DNA of 64,000 nucleotides from a virus. This document shows, piece by piece, positions 28,724-39,465 of this stretch (the stretch's first letter is position 1; each line of letters begins with the position of its first letter). The stretch is from IMG/VR virus record IMGVR_UViG_3300045988_171858. One strand, written 5' to 3'. The position numbers and the translations under genes are program-made. The notes under the pieces were generated by a model. The model did no database searches and had not been told where the DNA came from. It saw only the letters and a program-made list of their open reading frames with translations.

Positions 28724-29858
28724 TGAAGTCACTAATCCCACATTAACAAAAAGACGCATCCTTCAGAAGATGGCAGAAGTTACAGGCGTGAATAATGACA
28801 GTCGGTCATCTATTATGTCTGGTATTGCCGAGTCTGTTGGTGGTGTTGTTTCCGATTCTGTTAAATACTCTAATGGTCTTGTTAATAGCACCTACACAGA
28901 GTTCGCGGTTGGGGAAACCCTAACAAACAATGCCCTTGAATTCGGAGTGGTAAGGGACATCTATTCCGACATTTATATAGACGAACAGGATGCAGCCATA
29001 GTATTAGAGCCGGAAAACGGTATCTCATTCCCAAGATTCTCTGACGGCAAATTGGCAATTAAAGCCGGCAAGCAATTCAAAATTGGCGCATCTACAATCG
29101 AAGTTCTCAAAGATGTCCATATCTCCGCAAACGAAGTGTCAATCCCTATCGCCGCCAGAGTTATTTCAAACTCCCAGTCGGACATTAAAACAAACGCCTA
29201 TATTGACATCTTTAGCAAGGACAACATTCATACTACCGGCGCAATCCTTCGCTTTAAGAAGCCAATCCATAACCGCCTGTACGAAGAAACAGACCTTCAG
29301 CTTCGAAGCAGAGTATTCCTAGCTAAGAATAAAACACATGGCTCTAGCAATGCCGCATTGGCAGGAATCGTATCTTCAATCCCTCTTATCAAATATTACG
29401 ACATCGAAGAGGACAAGTCCCTAGGTGTAACAAGAGTTTATGTTGCTACAGCTAAGACTATTCTTGATGAGGCGGAACAAAACTTTGAGGCTATCACCTC
29501 AGCCATTCGTGCAAGAGCTGATTATAAACTATCTGCAGAACAAAGAATCGAAGTTTATGAAGCAGAAGTAATCAGACTATCTCCATTGTATACATACAAA
29601 AATGTAACCGAAGATATGGCTATGGCGGCTATGGCGGATGCATTTAACAGTATCTATACTCCATTCTCAAAGACCGTTAATATCGACGAGCTTAATAAGC
29701 GAATCGTTGAATCAGGCATCGGAGTTACAGTTGATAGATTTGTAACCTCACATAAAAAGTTGGGGATTATAGGCTCACAATCTAGCGGCACCCTTGCTAT
29801 TGATGGCCCGTATATCGTTGTATTCTCAGATGCAGAGGCACAAGGGGCACCAGAGTGA
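28716..29858 (+). CDS. baseplate J/gp6-like protein (by position and size)
   Basis: 380-aa ORF directly after the gp25-like gene, the usual W-J order. No strong motif was read. Confidence 0.4.
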   Translation: MFSEVTNPTLTKRRILQKMAEVTGVNNDSRSSIMSGIAESVGGVVSDSVKYSNGLVNSTYTEFAVGETLTNNALEFGVVRDIYSDIYIDEQDAAIVLEPENGISFPRFSDGKLAIKAGKQFKIGASTIEVLKDVHISANEVSIPIAARVISNSQSDIKTNAYIDIFSKDNIHTTGAILRFKKPIHNRLYEETDLQLRSRVFLAKNKTHGSSNAALAGIVSSIPLIKYYDIEEDKSLGVTRVYVATAKTILDEAEQNFEAITSAIRARADYKLSAEQRIEVYEAEVIRLSPLYTYKNVTEDMAMAAMADAFNSIYTPFSKTVNIDELNKRIVESGIGVTVDRFVTSHKKLGIIGSQSSGTLAIDGPYIVVFSDAEAQGAPE

Positions 29859-31282
29859 AGCAAAACTTATCGCTCAATCTTCTGACAAAATATTTCGCCA
29901 AATGGTCAACTCCCTATTTGTCACCATATTCAAATGTAGGTAGAGTTCTCTCTCCTATATCTGACATCATCAATTCAAACATTGAATACGCATCCAATCT
30001 AATAAACACCAGATACAGACAGTCTGGTCTAGATACATACTCAAAGCTCTATACAATTCCGTCATATGGGGAATATAAAAAGGTAGAGTCCGAATCTACA
30101 AGGATTATCTCTGCAAATGGAAATGTCGAATATATCGGCACTTCTGTTTTAGAGAATATCGGACAATACGGTGAAGAGTTTTTTGGGTTGTATCCTGCAA
30201 CCGGTGTAGAGCTTTTAGAAGACCCTTCCAACTGGCTTGAGGATTCTTTCTCAGTCAGTTTGGAGCCGGGCGAGACTCACCTTAATTTAAGGTTTGTTTC
30301 TCCTAATAGGGCCTATATCACATCAGCAGGAGGTGCAGAAAATATCCCGGTCATCATAAGCGGATACACCAAAGACTACAAATATGTAGCTGAGTCCATT
30401 ACGATCACCCATAAGGGATGCTTTGAATCATTCAATGAGTTCTCAGAAATCTGTTCAGTTCAAACTCCAATCAAAATTGATATTTCTAATTATGTAGATT
30501 GCCAAGACGAGCATTCTATCGTAACCAAAGAGACATTACCTAGCAGGGTAACAGACTTGGACGGTTCATTCCTGGACGCCGGCCTAACCTTTGATGAAGA
30601 AACAGTATTTATCGTAGACAAGGCCAGAGAATTAGAATCTCCTATTGGCCAATACGATATGGAAATCCCTGCAAGATTTGGATTCCTATCTTCTATCATG
30701 GACGTTTATACTATTGATGAAGCCGGATGGTTAGGTGTAGCCAAACCGACATTTAACCTATCTTCAGATACAATAGCAGACGGCTCTGCAAACAATAACG
30801 AATACGTCTACCTAGAGGACTACGAACATAGAGTTGGGTCAGTTATTAGAGCAAGAGTAAAGGCTCATCAAATAGCAGCACGGTCAAGCAGTAACAATAT
30901 CAGAATCTCGGTTAAGAACGGAGAAACTCTGTATTATGTGGACCGCTTTGGTAATCTTATGGTCGATGAGAACACATGGATTGATGCACGAATGACGGCA
31001 GATATTATTAACATCGCCATCATGTGTGACAACAAAGATCCATACTTGTTTAAAGTGGAAGACGAGGACGGGAATACCTACTCGACAATGCTTGCACAAA
31101 TGGTGTCGCAATACACTGACATTATCGATGGATGCACGGCGATGTATCTTTACAACAAAGAATTATACGTTGTAAGAAAGGGTTCTCTATATAAGGTTCG
31201 GCCATTAAGACACATTTACTCCAGATACAATAGCTCTAGGATTGCACTAGATTCGGATTACGGAAAGATTAAAGTATCATGA
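29855..31282 (+). CDS. baseplate/fibre-proximal structural protein
   Basis: 475-aa ORF with ATGA-type overlap on both sides. Confidence 0.5.
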   Translation: MKQNLSLNLLTKYFAKWSTPYLSPYSNVGRVLSPISDIINSNIEYASNLINTRYRQSGLDTYSKLYTIPSYGEYKKVESESTRIISANGNVEYIGTSVLENIGQYGEEFFGLYPATGVELLEDPSNWLEDSFSVSLEPGETHLNLRFVSPNRAYITSAGGAENIPVIISGYTKDYKYVAESITITHKGCFESFNEFSEICSVQTPIKIDISNYVDCQDEHSIVTKETLPSRVTDLDGSFLDAGLTFDEETVFIVDKARELESPIGQYDMEIPARFGFLSSIMDVYTIDEAGWLGVAKPTFNLSSDTIADGSANNNEYVYLEDYEHRVGSVIRARVKAHQIAARSSSNNIRISVKNGETLYYVDRFGNLMVDENTWIDARMTADIINIAIMCDNKDPYLFKVEDEDGNTYSTMLAQMVSQYTDIIDGCTAMYLYNKELYVVRKGSLYKVRPLRHIYSRYNSSRIALDSDYGKIKVS

Positions 31283-31908
31283 TTAAAGTAGAAACAATCG
31301 ACATTAATCCGTTCAAAAGGGCGGAGCTTTCTCCGTCCTATGCTAAGACTATCGGAGAGACATATCCTGCTATTGCAATCTATAACACAGATAAAGTTAT
31401 TTCTGTGTATGATGGGATCATGAAAGTAGACAATGAGTCGATTGACCTTAAAGATTTAACCATCGGCGGGCTATTTAAACTTTTGAAAACAAAAGGTATT
31501 TCGACAAAAGTCTTTAAGGGCATGGAAAAACTTCCAGCCCTTTCTATTGCAAACTACTCAAATGTAGACCTGGTTGTTACAGAAGCAAGACGTTCTCCAA
31601 TCTACATTGCATCTCTTGTATCTGAATATATTGCTAAGGGCCTGATTGGAAGTTATAATGAGAATGTTGAGATAAGAATCCTTAGCGACAACACCATCGC
31701 GGGGAATAGAAAATACTTCTCAGAAAGCTCAGAACTGCCGGTTGAAATCGAGAGTCTGCATAGAGCCAAAACATTCGTCCTATTGGCAGCAGATGCAAAC
31801 GTAATTAGAGGTACGAAGAGAATCAAAGACATTAAGCAAGTCAATGATGCAATAGTTGACTTTAATCTTAAAACATATGGGAGAGATAATGCCTACATTA
31901 ACCTATGA
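31279..31908 (+). CDS. hypothetical structural protein
   Basis: 209-aa coupled ORF. Confidence 0.5.
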   Translation: MIKVETIDINPFKRAELSPSYAKTIGETYPAIAIYNTDKVISVYDGIMKVDNESIDLKDLTIGGLFKLLKTKGISTKVFKGMEKLPALSIANYSNVDLVVTEARRSPIYIASLVSEYIAKGLIGSYNENVEIRILSDNTIAGNRKYFSESSELPVEIESLHRAKTFVLLAADANVIRGTKRIKDIKQVNDAIVDFNLKTYGRDNAYINL

Positions 31909-33340
31909 CGTAAGAGTCGGGGCTAGAGCTGGAGTATCTCCCGAATACCGGAGCCCACCTCTTAGACTGTCAGAAATAGACCCTAATAGAAACCATCTAT
32001 TAGATACATACACATCTCCAGGTTCAGTCTCTAAATTCGGATGGGAATCAGAGTTGATGTCATTCGATTCGTTCGGTAAGCTAACAGCGGGATCTATGTC
32101 GTTCCTAAAGGATGATAGTTCTGTCTCAGCGGTGTCAGGCTATGGATTTATCCCATCTAGCCAAAAGATAAAGCTCAAGACTTATGTATCGGTATCTGCA
32201 TCAGTTTATAAACGAGGCAAAGATTCTGATTCTGTATATATCAAATATAGTGGTAATAAGGATGACAAATATCACGTCCTGACAACAAGAGTTGGCGAGC
32301 TGGACCATATCGAAGATGATTCACATAACCACGGTATTAATCTTGACGAGGTTGGCGAACTCACAATCGAAGTTTCACACATTGCTATCCCAGAGGAAAA
32401 GACTAAGGTTTCATCAGATAAAATCATTAAGCTAGATTACTATCCTGTTACGAACGTCAGAGTAGAAGGCGCGGCAGAATACGATGTAAATCCATATTCC
32501 GGCATTGTCATAAATAAATCCGGGAAAAGTCTTACAATCAAATATAATCCTGCTCCATTAGTAGTTATTCATAGCGGTCCCGCCACATATCTTGAGGCAA
32601 TCAACCCATCAATAACCCTAAACCTTCTAGAGATAAACAATCAAAGTGTTGATAAGATTATCTCTAACGACAATATGATTGACGCTAAAACCAGCTTCTT
32701 CATAGAGTCCACGGGTCCTGTCGATATAGATAACGCTACATACTCCTCAGGTAGAAAACATATCCTGCCTCCTGGCGTATACTCATTGACCCAGACAAGT
32801 TCAGAATGGGAGACAGAGGTCAACTCTAAGATTGCAGCCTCGGACTTATCGGTAGTTGCAGATATTAAATCCAGACTCCTTAAGAAGTACAAGTCGGATA
32901 ATGCAAACCCAATCTCATATGAGAGCGCAGCTAATGGTGATGTGTATAAGTTAAAAGAAGATGGTAGATCTGGAACCTATTCATTAGAAACGGTTGTGGA
33001 TAATGAGGATAGAAGGATTATTCTTCCGCATCTTACAAATCCTGCCTCCATCTCTGTGCAAAGAGTTGGTCACCGCAACTCTAGGGTAGAAGTAACTGAC
33101 TATGACAAGGACGCCGCCGGCACACTAAAATTTGACACCAAAGGTAGATATATTATTAGATACACCCCCATCAAAGAGAACGAATGGGAAGCTTCAAATT
33201 CTAGCATTTTAAGCTCAATTGTAGCTGCACTAAGAGCACCTCAAACGCAAGTCAAAGTGTATTACGGGACAGAAGAAAACGGCTCCGTAGAGTATTTAAA
33301 TATAGACAACCCTATTATTATAGGTAGCAACAATGGATAA
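31889..33340 (+). CDS. hypothetical tail/fibre structural protein
   Basis: The ORF is open from 31856, but the in-frame ATG at 31889 is preceded by GGGAGAG, so that start is preferred. Confidence 0.5.
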   Translation: MPTLTYDVRVGARAGVSPEYRSPPLRLSEIDPNRNHLLDTYTSPGSVSKFGWESELMSFDSFGKLTAGSMSFLKDDSSVSAVSGYGFIPSSQKIKLKTYVSVSASVYKRGKDSDSVYIKYSGNKDDKYHVLTTRVGELDHIEDDSHNHGINLDEVGELTIEVSHIAIPEEKTKVSSDKIIKLDYYPVTNVRVEGAAEYDVNPYSGIVINKSGKSLTIKYNPAPLVVIHSGPATYLEAINPSITLNLLEINNQSVDKIISNDNMIDAKTSFFIESTGPVDIDNATYSSGRKHILPPGVYSLTQTSSEWETEVNSKIAASDLSVVADIKSRLLKKYKSDNANPISYESAANGDVYKLKEDGRSGTYSLETVVDNEDRRIILPHLTNPASISVQRVGHRNSRVEVTDYDKDAAGTLKFDTKGRYIIRYTPIKENEWEASNSSILSSIVAALRAPQTQVKVYYGTEENGSVEYLNIDNPIIIGSNNG

Positions 33341-36300
33341 ACTAACTCTGCTTTCAGGCAGCACAATAACCCAACAAGGAACGATTGATGCAATTAATAA
33401 GCTTGCTCAGGCAAGTAATAGCATCAATGGGGATATTGGGGATGTCAATAATTTTAGCGGTAAGTCAGACGCTCTAAACGGAACTCTTGCCGGTACACTT
33501 GGCAACGGTGAACTACTGGCGCCGCAAATTCCTTTTGGCGAAACAATCACAGACTTCACAGAGAACTTTAGCGGTTCAGCATCCCATGATTTCGTATTGA
33601 CCCTTATCCCACTGACCGATGTAACAATCACAACTCAGTCCGGTAAGTCATACGAAAAAGTCGATAAAGCCACAATGACAAACGACTCTCACTATTCCAT
33701 TGAGGGTCGCAGACTAAACTTCTACAAAAACCCAGAAGGCCAATTCTCTGTAACCTACAAAGGTAAATTCCCAAGTATTCCTGGTTACGAGAAATACGCA
33801 ACTAATACATATCCAAACGTAGCAAGTGTTGCATCTGGTAAACAGCCAAAGTCAGAAGTCCAAAAGCTTGACAATACAACCTACTCTGTAACTATTAAAC
33901 CGACAACAAAGATTGGCGATATTGGCATTCCAAATGGAATCCAGCCTTCCCTTCCGGATAAGGTTAAACCATATGTTGACCCAAACGGAACCAAAGAGGC
34001 GAATCCTTCTGATGTCTCAGTCTGGGTTAAATCAGACGAAAGATACCAACGAGTATCAGATGCCGTCGTATATCTCTTAAGCGACTCTACGTTTAAATTC
34101 AAAACGCAGATGTCTCTTCCGTCTAATCCAGAGATTGTTCTATACGTTAACGGTTGGACTGTTAGTGACGGTGTAGGCTTACTGTATAAGCTGTTCACCT
34201 CTCATGCACACAATGGTGAAGACCCATCGGCGTTACTTAGCCACTCAAAACTTGTAGGCCTAATTGCTGATCGTTATGTTGCCGGACAGCCAGGATTTGG
34301 CGTATCAAAACACAAAGGCGATGACCATCCTCATTATTTCCATAGGGATGGTTATACTACGGACAATCCCGGCAACTTTAACAATGCAATCCTTGGTGAC
34401 GTTCTTATTGGTTCTACCAATCCTGGCGACATGTATAACAACACCTTAGACAATTCCAATAAATTGTTCTTCGGTTCTGTCTCTACCGGCGCATCATTAA
34501 TGTATGATAAAGACTTCCAAGGTATCAAGTTATTCGGTACTAATTCTGGTCTTAGAATCAATACACACGGTTTGCCTAGCGAAGAAAAGAATCTGTATGC
34601 CACGGCAATTGAATTCGACGGCAATAAGCTCTACTCTACCGGCGACAAAGGTGATGCTAAAAACGTCCTGAACATTAGGGCAAAAGACGGTCTAGTTAAG
34701 GTTTCCAAAACGGACGAAGAACTGGCAGCAATTGAGGCCAAGTCTGTTTCTGTCCAAGACGCATCAGTGTCAGGAACTCTTGCAACAAAAGGCACTGGCG
34801 GAATTAAAGTAGCCAAGGTTGACTTCCGCAGTAATGACGGTAATAAGGTAGAAGTCTCATCTGAGGATGCAGAAGCCTCGGTCGAATTCAAACTTCCTGT
34901 TGCATTTGACAAACTGGCCGCTAAATCCTTTAACCCAACATCTATTGGTATCTCCGGCGATGGAGCAATTAAGTTCGGGGAAGAGGGCGCAAACTCCATC
35001 AAGAGTGTAGATGGTGCAGCAACAGTTGCAGGTAAGAAACCACTTACTATCGAAGAGTCAGGTAAGAACACCGGCATTCGTTATCAACGTCAAGAAGGCA
35101 TGCCATTTGCAAACGTCTACGTATCAGCAGAGAACGGCGGACAGGCAACCCAGACAGACCATGACACCTACTTCGAGACCGGCAATGGTGACCTGTATTT
35201 TCTAAAAGACACTACAAAGGTTAACAGTGTCCTAGGAACTAAGTACGGTTTCGGTGAACTTGCAAAAGACGGCGCAACCCGGTTAGATAACCTAACTTTA
35301 ATGCCAAGAGCCAACACATTTGCCGGTACTGGTGATTTCTACACTATCAAAGTTAAAGAGTCATCACTAAAACAAAGACAGGGTATCCATGTAGGCCCAG
35401 ATGCAAACATTTATGCAACCGGTGCAGATGCTGACTGCCCTCCAGGCTGGCTTGTAGTTGAATCTCGCAATGGTGTTGTATTCGCAGAGACCCGCGCGGG
35501 CGAGATGAACTGTTCCAACTTGTCTTATTCGGAAGTTACAACCGGTTCATTGAAAGTCTTTGGTTCAGCTTCCATTGATAAAAACCTTGGCTTGAACGGA
35601 AATATCGACGCTGGCGGTTATGTTAGTGCAGAAAGTGGCGAGTTTAAAACCAAGATTTCTACAAAAGAAATCGAAGTTGCCGGCAACTCACGATTCACAG
35701 GTAAGGTTGATTTTACGGAGAACGTAGAGATCAATTCCGGGCTTGTTGTTGGTGGTTCTATCCAAACCAAGAACAGACTCGAAGCAAATGAACTTGCAGT
35801 TCAGTCCAGTGCAATCTTCTCAGGCCCTGCAACATTCTCGAAACAAATCAACATCGAGGGTGATATTTACTCTCGCGCCGGATTTAGTGGCGCAGGAACA
35901 ATCTCTACAACAGGCTCTGTAAATGCAGACCAGGCTAAATTCAATACTGCTAGTATTGGTCAGCTATCCGTAGTAAATAAACTAGATGCAAGAGCAGGTA
36001 TTTCAGGCGCAGGTGACTTTGTTACCAATGGTAACTTAACCGCAGACGGCGACGTAACAGCAACCAATGCTCGTTATACAGGCACCGCCACATCAGGAAT
36101 GCTCGATGTAGAGAAAGACGCATCTATTAGAGGCGACATCTATGTCGGAGGTAAGGTTCAGCTTAACGGCGACACCTATGTTGGCTCAGATGAAAATGAC
36201 AAACTGAATGTTCTTGCTAATACGACATTCAACAATAATCGAAACATCTTCCTCGGGGATGTAGAGATTTCCGCCCCTGTTTCAGTAAAAGCGGAATTGG

Positions 36301-37385
36301 ATGTAGTAGGACAATCAAGCTTCCAATCTGCAATTAGAGCTAAGGCCGGACTAGAAGTAGAAGGCCCAATCAATTCTAAATCAAGCGCAGAATTTACGGC
36401 AGTTGATGTTAAAGACAATATCAGTGCTGCCGGCAACATCTACGCTAAGGGCGATATCGTTTCAGATGGCCAGCTAAGAGCAGATAAAGGCGCTACGATT
36501 TTAGGTAACTCTAACATCGGTCAGCAAGGCGACAATATCAACATCTCTGGTGATGTCATTTTTGGTAATGAGAAGTCTACATTCTCTGGCGAAGTATTAA
36601 TGACCGATAAGGTTACAATCTCTGGTGAAACCACACTTAACTCAAAAGTTAATGTTGAGGGTTCTATCAAAGCCAAGGGTAACCTAGAGATTGAGGGTAT
36701 TGCAAACGTCAAGACAATCCGCGCAGATGCTCAGTCAGAGTTTAAGGGCGGCGTTATTATTGACCGACAAACAGAGATGTACAGTGCCTATATCAAAGAT
36801 AAGGCAATCATCGAAAAAGACCTGATTGTCTCTGGCGGCCTAAGCCTTCAAGGCGATATCACCTCAGTTCCATCATCAACTGCAACACTGGGACAACTTA
36901 ACGTCTCTAAAGGTTTAACACAAATCGGTTCAGCCGAGGTTAACAGCTTTGCAGGTGAAACCAGATTCAACTCCACAGTTAGCGTATCTGGCAAGATGTC
37001 CATATCTGGTGCTATAATGACAGGTAGCGAACGGTCTGGTGTTATCATTGAGAATAACACGATCCAAATGACCGGCGAGGCTTCCTTGATTAAAGCAGAC
37101 TCAATGTCTGTTAATAGCATCCGAGGCGATGCAACCAAAACCGTACCAATCACTTCTTCTAACGCCGCAATGTCTAGAGAGGCAAACAATCTTAGCCGTA
37201 AGAAATTTACGACTATTAATAATGCCTACATCGAAGACTCAATGGTTGCCAATGGTAACTTGTTCTGTCTTGGTACATTGTTTGTAAGTGCAATCGAAGT
37301 GGTCGAGAACGAGAAGTCTAAAAACGAGCTGAATAACAAATCTGTTCTTAACATTATTGCAAGAAGGGCAAAATACGCTCCATGA
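33333..37385 (+). CDS. long tail fibre protein with extended degenerate beta-helix-like repeats
   Basis: 1350 aa. From about nt 35560 to 37000 there are repetitive G-x-I/V-x-A/S-x-G segments (NGNIDAGGYVSAESGEF, GDIYSRAGFSGAGTIS, GNLTADGDVTATNARYTG and similar). Confidence 0.6.
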   Translation: MDKLTLLSGSTITQQGTIDAINKLAQASNSINGDIGDVNNFSGKSDALNGTLAGTLGNGELLAPQIPFGETITDFTENFSGSASHDFVLTLIPLTDVTITTQSGKSYEKVDKATMTNDSHYSIEGRRLNFYKNPEGQFSVTYKGKFPSIPGYEKYATNTYPNVASVASGKQPKSEVQKLDNTTYSVTIKPTTKIGDIGIPNGIQPSLPDKVKPYVDPNGTKEANPSDVSVWVKSDERYQRVSDAVVYLLSDSTFKFKTQMSLPSNPEIVLYVNGWTVSDGVGLLYKLFTSHAHNGEDPSALLSHSKLVGLIADRYVAGQPGFGVSKHKGDDHPHYFHRDGYTTDNPGNFNNAILGDVLIGSTNPGDMYNNTLDNSNKLFFGSVSTGASLMYDKDFQGIKLFGTNSGLRINTHGLPSEEKNLYATAIEFDGNKLYSTGDKGDAKNVLNIRAKDGLVKVSKTDEELAAIEAKSVSVQDASVSGTLATKGTGGIKVAKVDFRSNDGNKVEVSSEDAEASVEFKLPVAFDKLAAKSFNPTSIGISGDGAIKFGEEGANSIKSVDGAATVAGKKPLTIEESGKNTGIRYQRQEGMPFANVYVSAENGGQATQTDHDTYFETGNGDLYFLKDTTKVNSVLGTKYGFGELAKDGATRLDNLTLMPRANTFAGTGDFYTIKVKESSLKQRQGIHVGPDANIYATGADADCPPGWLVVESRNGVVFAETRAGEMNCSNLSYSEVTTGSLKVFGSASIDKNLGLNGNIDAGGYVSAESGEFKTKISTKEIEVAGNSRFTGKVDFTENVEINSGLVVGGSIQTKNRLEANELAVQSSAIFSGPATFSKQINIEGDIYSRAGFSGAGTISTTGSVNADQAKFNTASIGQLSVVNKLDARAGISGAGDFVTNGNLTADGDVTATNARYTGTATSGMLDVEKDASIRGDIYVGGKVQLNGDTYVGSDENDKLNVLANTTFNNNRNIFLGDVEISAPVSVKAELDVVGQSSFQSAIRAKAGLEVEGPINSKSSAEFTAVDVKDNISAAGNIYAKGDIVSDGQLRADKGATILGNSNIGQQGDNINISGDVIFGNEKSTFSGEVLMTDKVTISGETTLNSKVNVEGSIKAKGNLEIEGIANVKTIRADAQSEFKGGVIIDRQTEMYSAYIKDKAIIEKDLIVSGGLSLQGDITSVPSSTATLGQLNVSKGLTQIGSAEVNSFAGETRFNSTVSVSGKMSISGAIMTGSERSGVIIENNTIQMTGEASLIKADSMSVNSIRGDATKTVPITSSNAAMSREANNLSRKKFTTINNAYIEDSMVANGNLFCLGTLFVSAIEVVENEKSKNELNNKSVLNIIARRAKYAP

Positions 37386-39073
37386 CGACAATAACCTACA
37401 ACATCTCGATTGTAGGGAAGAGACATTCAGCAGAATTTCAACAAGCCACAGACAGCAGAAACGCTGTCGTGGCTGTTGATACTTCTCCATTGAATGGTTC
37501 CCTAATTGAGATCGAACACAAGAGCCAGGGCGACAGACTACGCTTTGTCAGACTGGAATCAAAATCTATCTCAGGGATTGCTATTCGTTCTAGCAGCCCT
37601 GACATTTTAATTACCGACATTATTCATAATGGCCGCCCGATGTGGTATAAGTACCAGCTTCGAGGAGAGCCTTCTTTATCAACACCGCATTGGACAAAAG
37701 ACGACAACTGGATTTATAGCGATGCCCCATACCTAAATATTGAATATGGGAATATCAAACTAAGAGAAGTTGGAACTCCAGTATTCGTAAAAGAGTCCAA
37801 TCATTTTCTAAATGCCATTAAGGCACTCGACAATAGAACATATTCTGTATCACAAGATTCATCTGGCGAATATATTATCAAATGCAAGAATCAGAATGTT
37901 TCGTTCTCAAGTATTACCGGAGAGATTGCAACAATCTCTGAGTATACTAATCCAAATAGCCCTGTAGTAGGCATCTTTGCAAACGAATACTCAAGCGATA
38001 GAATCGCCTCAGTGGGAGAACAAAAAGCAAAATACCGCTTTCAATCTCCAGAGTTTATAGCATCAGTAATCAAAACAAATAAAACGAAAGTGCCTGTCAA
38101 TTCTGGCGTGGCCAAACTCCCTCATAGATATATCAATTCCGTTAAATCCCACGAACCCAAGAATATTGTATACAATCAAGGATTTATTGTCGTTGATCCA
38201 TCATTGGAGTCAATTGACGTAGAGTACGAATATATCGAACCTGTTAATAACTATGCTTCTATCCCTTTGGGTGTAATTAGAAATGCATCGGTTATTAAGG
38301 TTTATGCAACTCCGTACTCAATAGCTAAGGGTGATGCTGAGGATTTTCTTAATACGGAACTTCTATTCTCTGCCTTCGACAAGGCTGGCGTTTGCATTTA
38401 CTCAACAATGACAGGAATTAATTCTTCTGTTCCGGCCGCAATTCTTGTTACGTCAAATTCCGCATCCGGAGTTGACTACAATGCGGGTAAAGGTAAGAAG
38501 AAATCAAAGGCGCCGCGCTCATTATTTCAATCTGCCCCAGAACTAGAAAAAGATACCGTATTGGAAATAGCAGAAATCAGAATTAAAAAACAAGAACTAG
38601 ATTACGCTATCTCCGGAAGAAGAGCTATGCCAGTACAAGGAAGTATAGGACCAAGAGACCTAAGACTACCCAAACTATCATACTCAAGAATAGTTCTAGC
38701 GGATTACGCTCCACAATCTATTAATTCAAATGTTACAGTAATAGATGCAAATCTATCTGCCGGATACCCAATTCTTATTGGAGAAACAGATTCAGACATA
38801 CTTGTAGAAATAGATAACAGAGAAGAAGAAACAGATGTTGATTTTGTCGACGATGATGATGGCCGTTTCCATAGACGCAATCCTCCTGTATTCCTTGGTC
38901 AAAACTCTAAAATTTGCCTAGTTAATACATACAATACACACAGAGAAATTTTAAAAGAACTTGCTTCAAAAGAGCTTGATGGAAAGACGTATATTAAGGC
39001 TAAAAAGTCGGACTACCCAATTGGTAGAATCACAGCCGAATACGTTCACCTGTCTAAGATTCCGAAAGGCTAG
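37382..39073 (+). CDS. hypothetical tail-fibre-module protein
   Basis: 563-aa ORF with an ATGA overlap. Confidence 0.5.
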   Translation: MTTITYNISIVGKRHSAEFQQATDSRNAVVAVDTSPLNGSLIEIEHKSQGDRLRFVRLESKSISGIAIRSSSPDILITDIIHNGRPMWYKYQLRGEPSLSTPHWTKDDNWIYSDAPYLNIEYGNIKLREVGTPVFVKESNHFLNAIKALDNRTYSVSQDSSGEYIIKCKNQNVSFSSITGEIATISEYTNPNSPVVGIFANEYSSDRIASVGEQKAKYRFQSPEFIASVIKTNKTKVPVNSGVAKLPHRYINSVKSHEPKNIVYNQGFIVVDPSLESIDVEYEYIEPVNNYASIPLGVIRNASVIKVYATPYSIAKGDAEDFLNTELLFSAFDKAGVCIYSTMTGINSSVPAAILVTSNSASGVDYNAGKGKKKSKAPRSLFQSAPELEKDTVLEIAEIRIKKQELDYAISGRRAMPVQGSIGPRDLRLPKLSYSRIVLADYAPQSINSNVTVIDANLSAGYPILIGETDSDILVEIDNREEETDVDFVDDDDGRFHRRNPPVFLGQNSKICLVNTYNTHREILKELASKELDGKTYIKAKKSDYPIGRITAEYVHLSKIPKG

Positions 39074-39075
39074 TA

Positions 39076-39465
39076 ATGAAGGATTTTATTCAAAACCATC
39101 AGTTCAACTACGTTAACGATGAATTGCGTATCAAGGGCATAAAAGACCTAGATACAATCGGCCTTTCATATGTTACGAAGGAAGTTTCTAGATTTGGCGA
39201 GACTGCAACCTCTTCTTCTGACTTTATCGTAGAGTCAATGGACAGGATCGAGGCTGATCTTGAAAAGTGGCATAAGGGATACATCGAGAAGCTGGCTATT
39301 ATTAAGAGCGGTTCTGATTTTATTCAGGGTAGCAATCTGTCATCAGAAGATGCAGGTCATTATGCAATTATGGAAATTGACACGTCGGCGAATGGAAGCA
39401 TGATTTATTCGACCACTGAAGAAGCATATGTTATGCCTCCACGCGATGAAAGGTATTTTGCATGA
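39076..39465 (+). CDS. small hypothetical structural/assembly protein
   Basis: 129-aa ORF, tightly spaced. Confidence 0.5.
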   Translation: MKDFIQNHQFNYVNDELRIKGIKDLDTIGLSYVTKEVSRFGETATSSSDFIVESMDRIEADLEKWHKGYIEKLAIIKSGSDFIQGSNLSSEDAGHYAIMEIDTSANGSMIYSTTEEAYVMPPRDERYFA

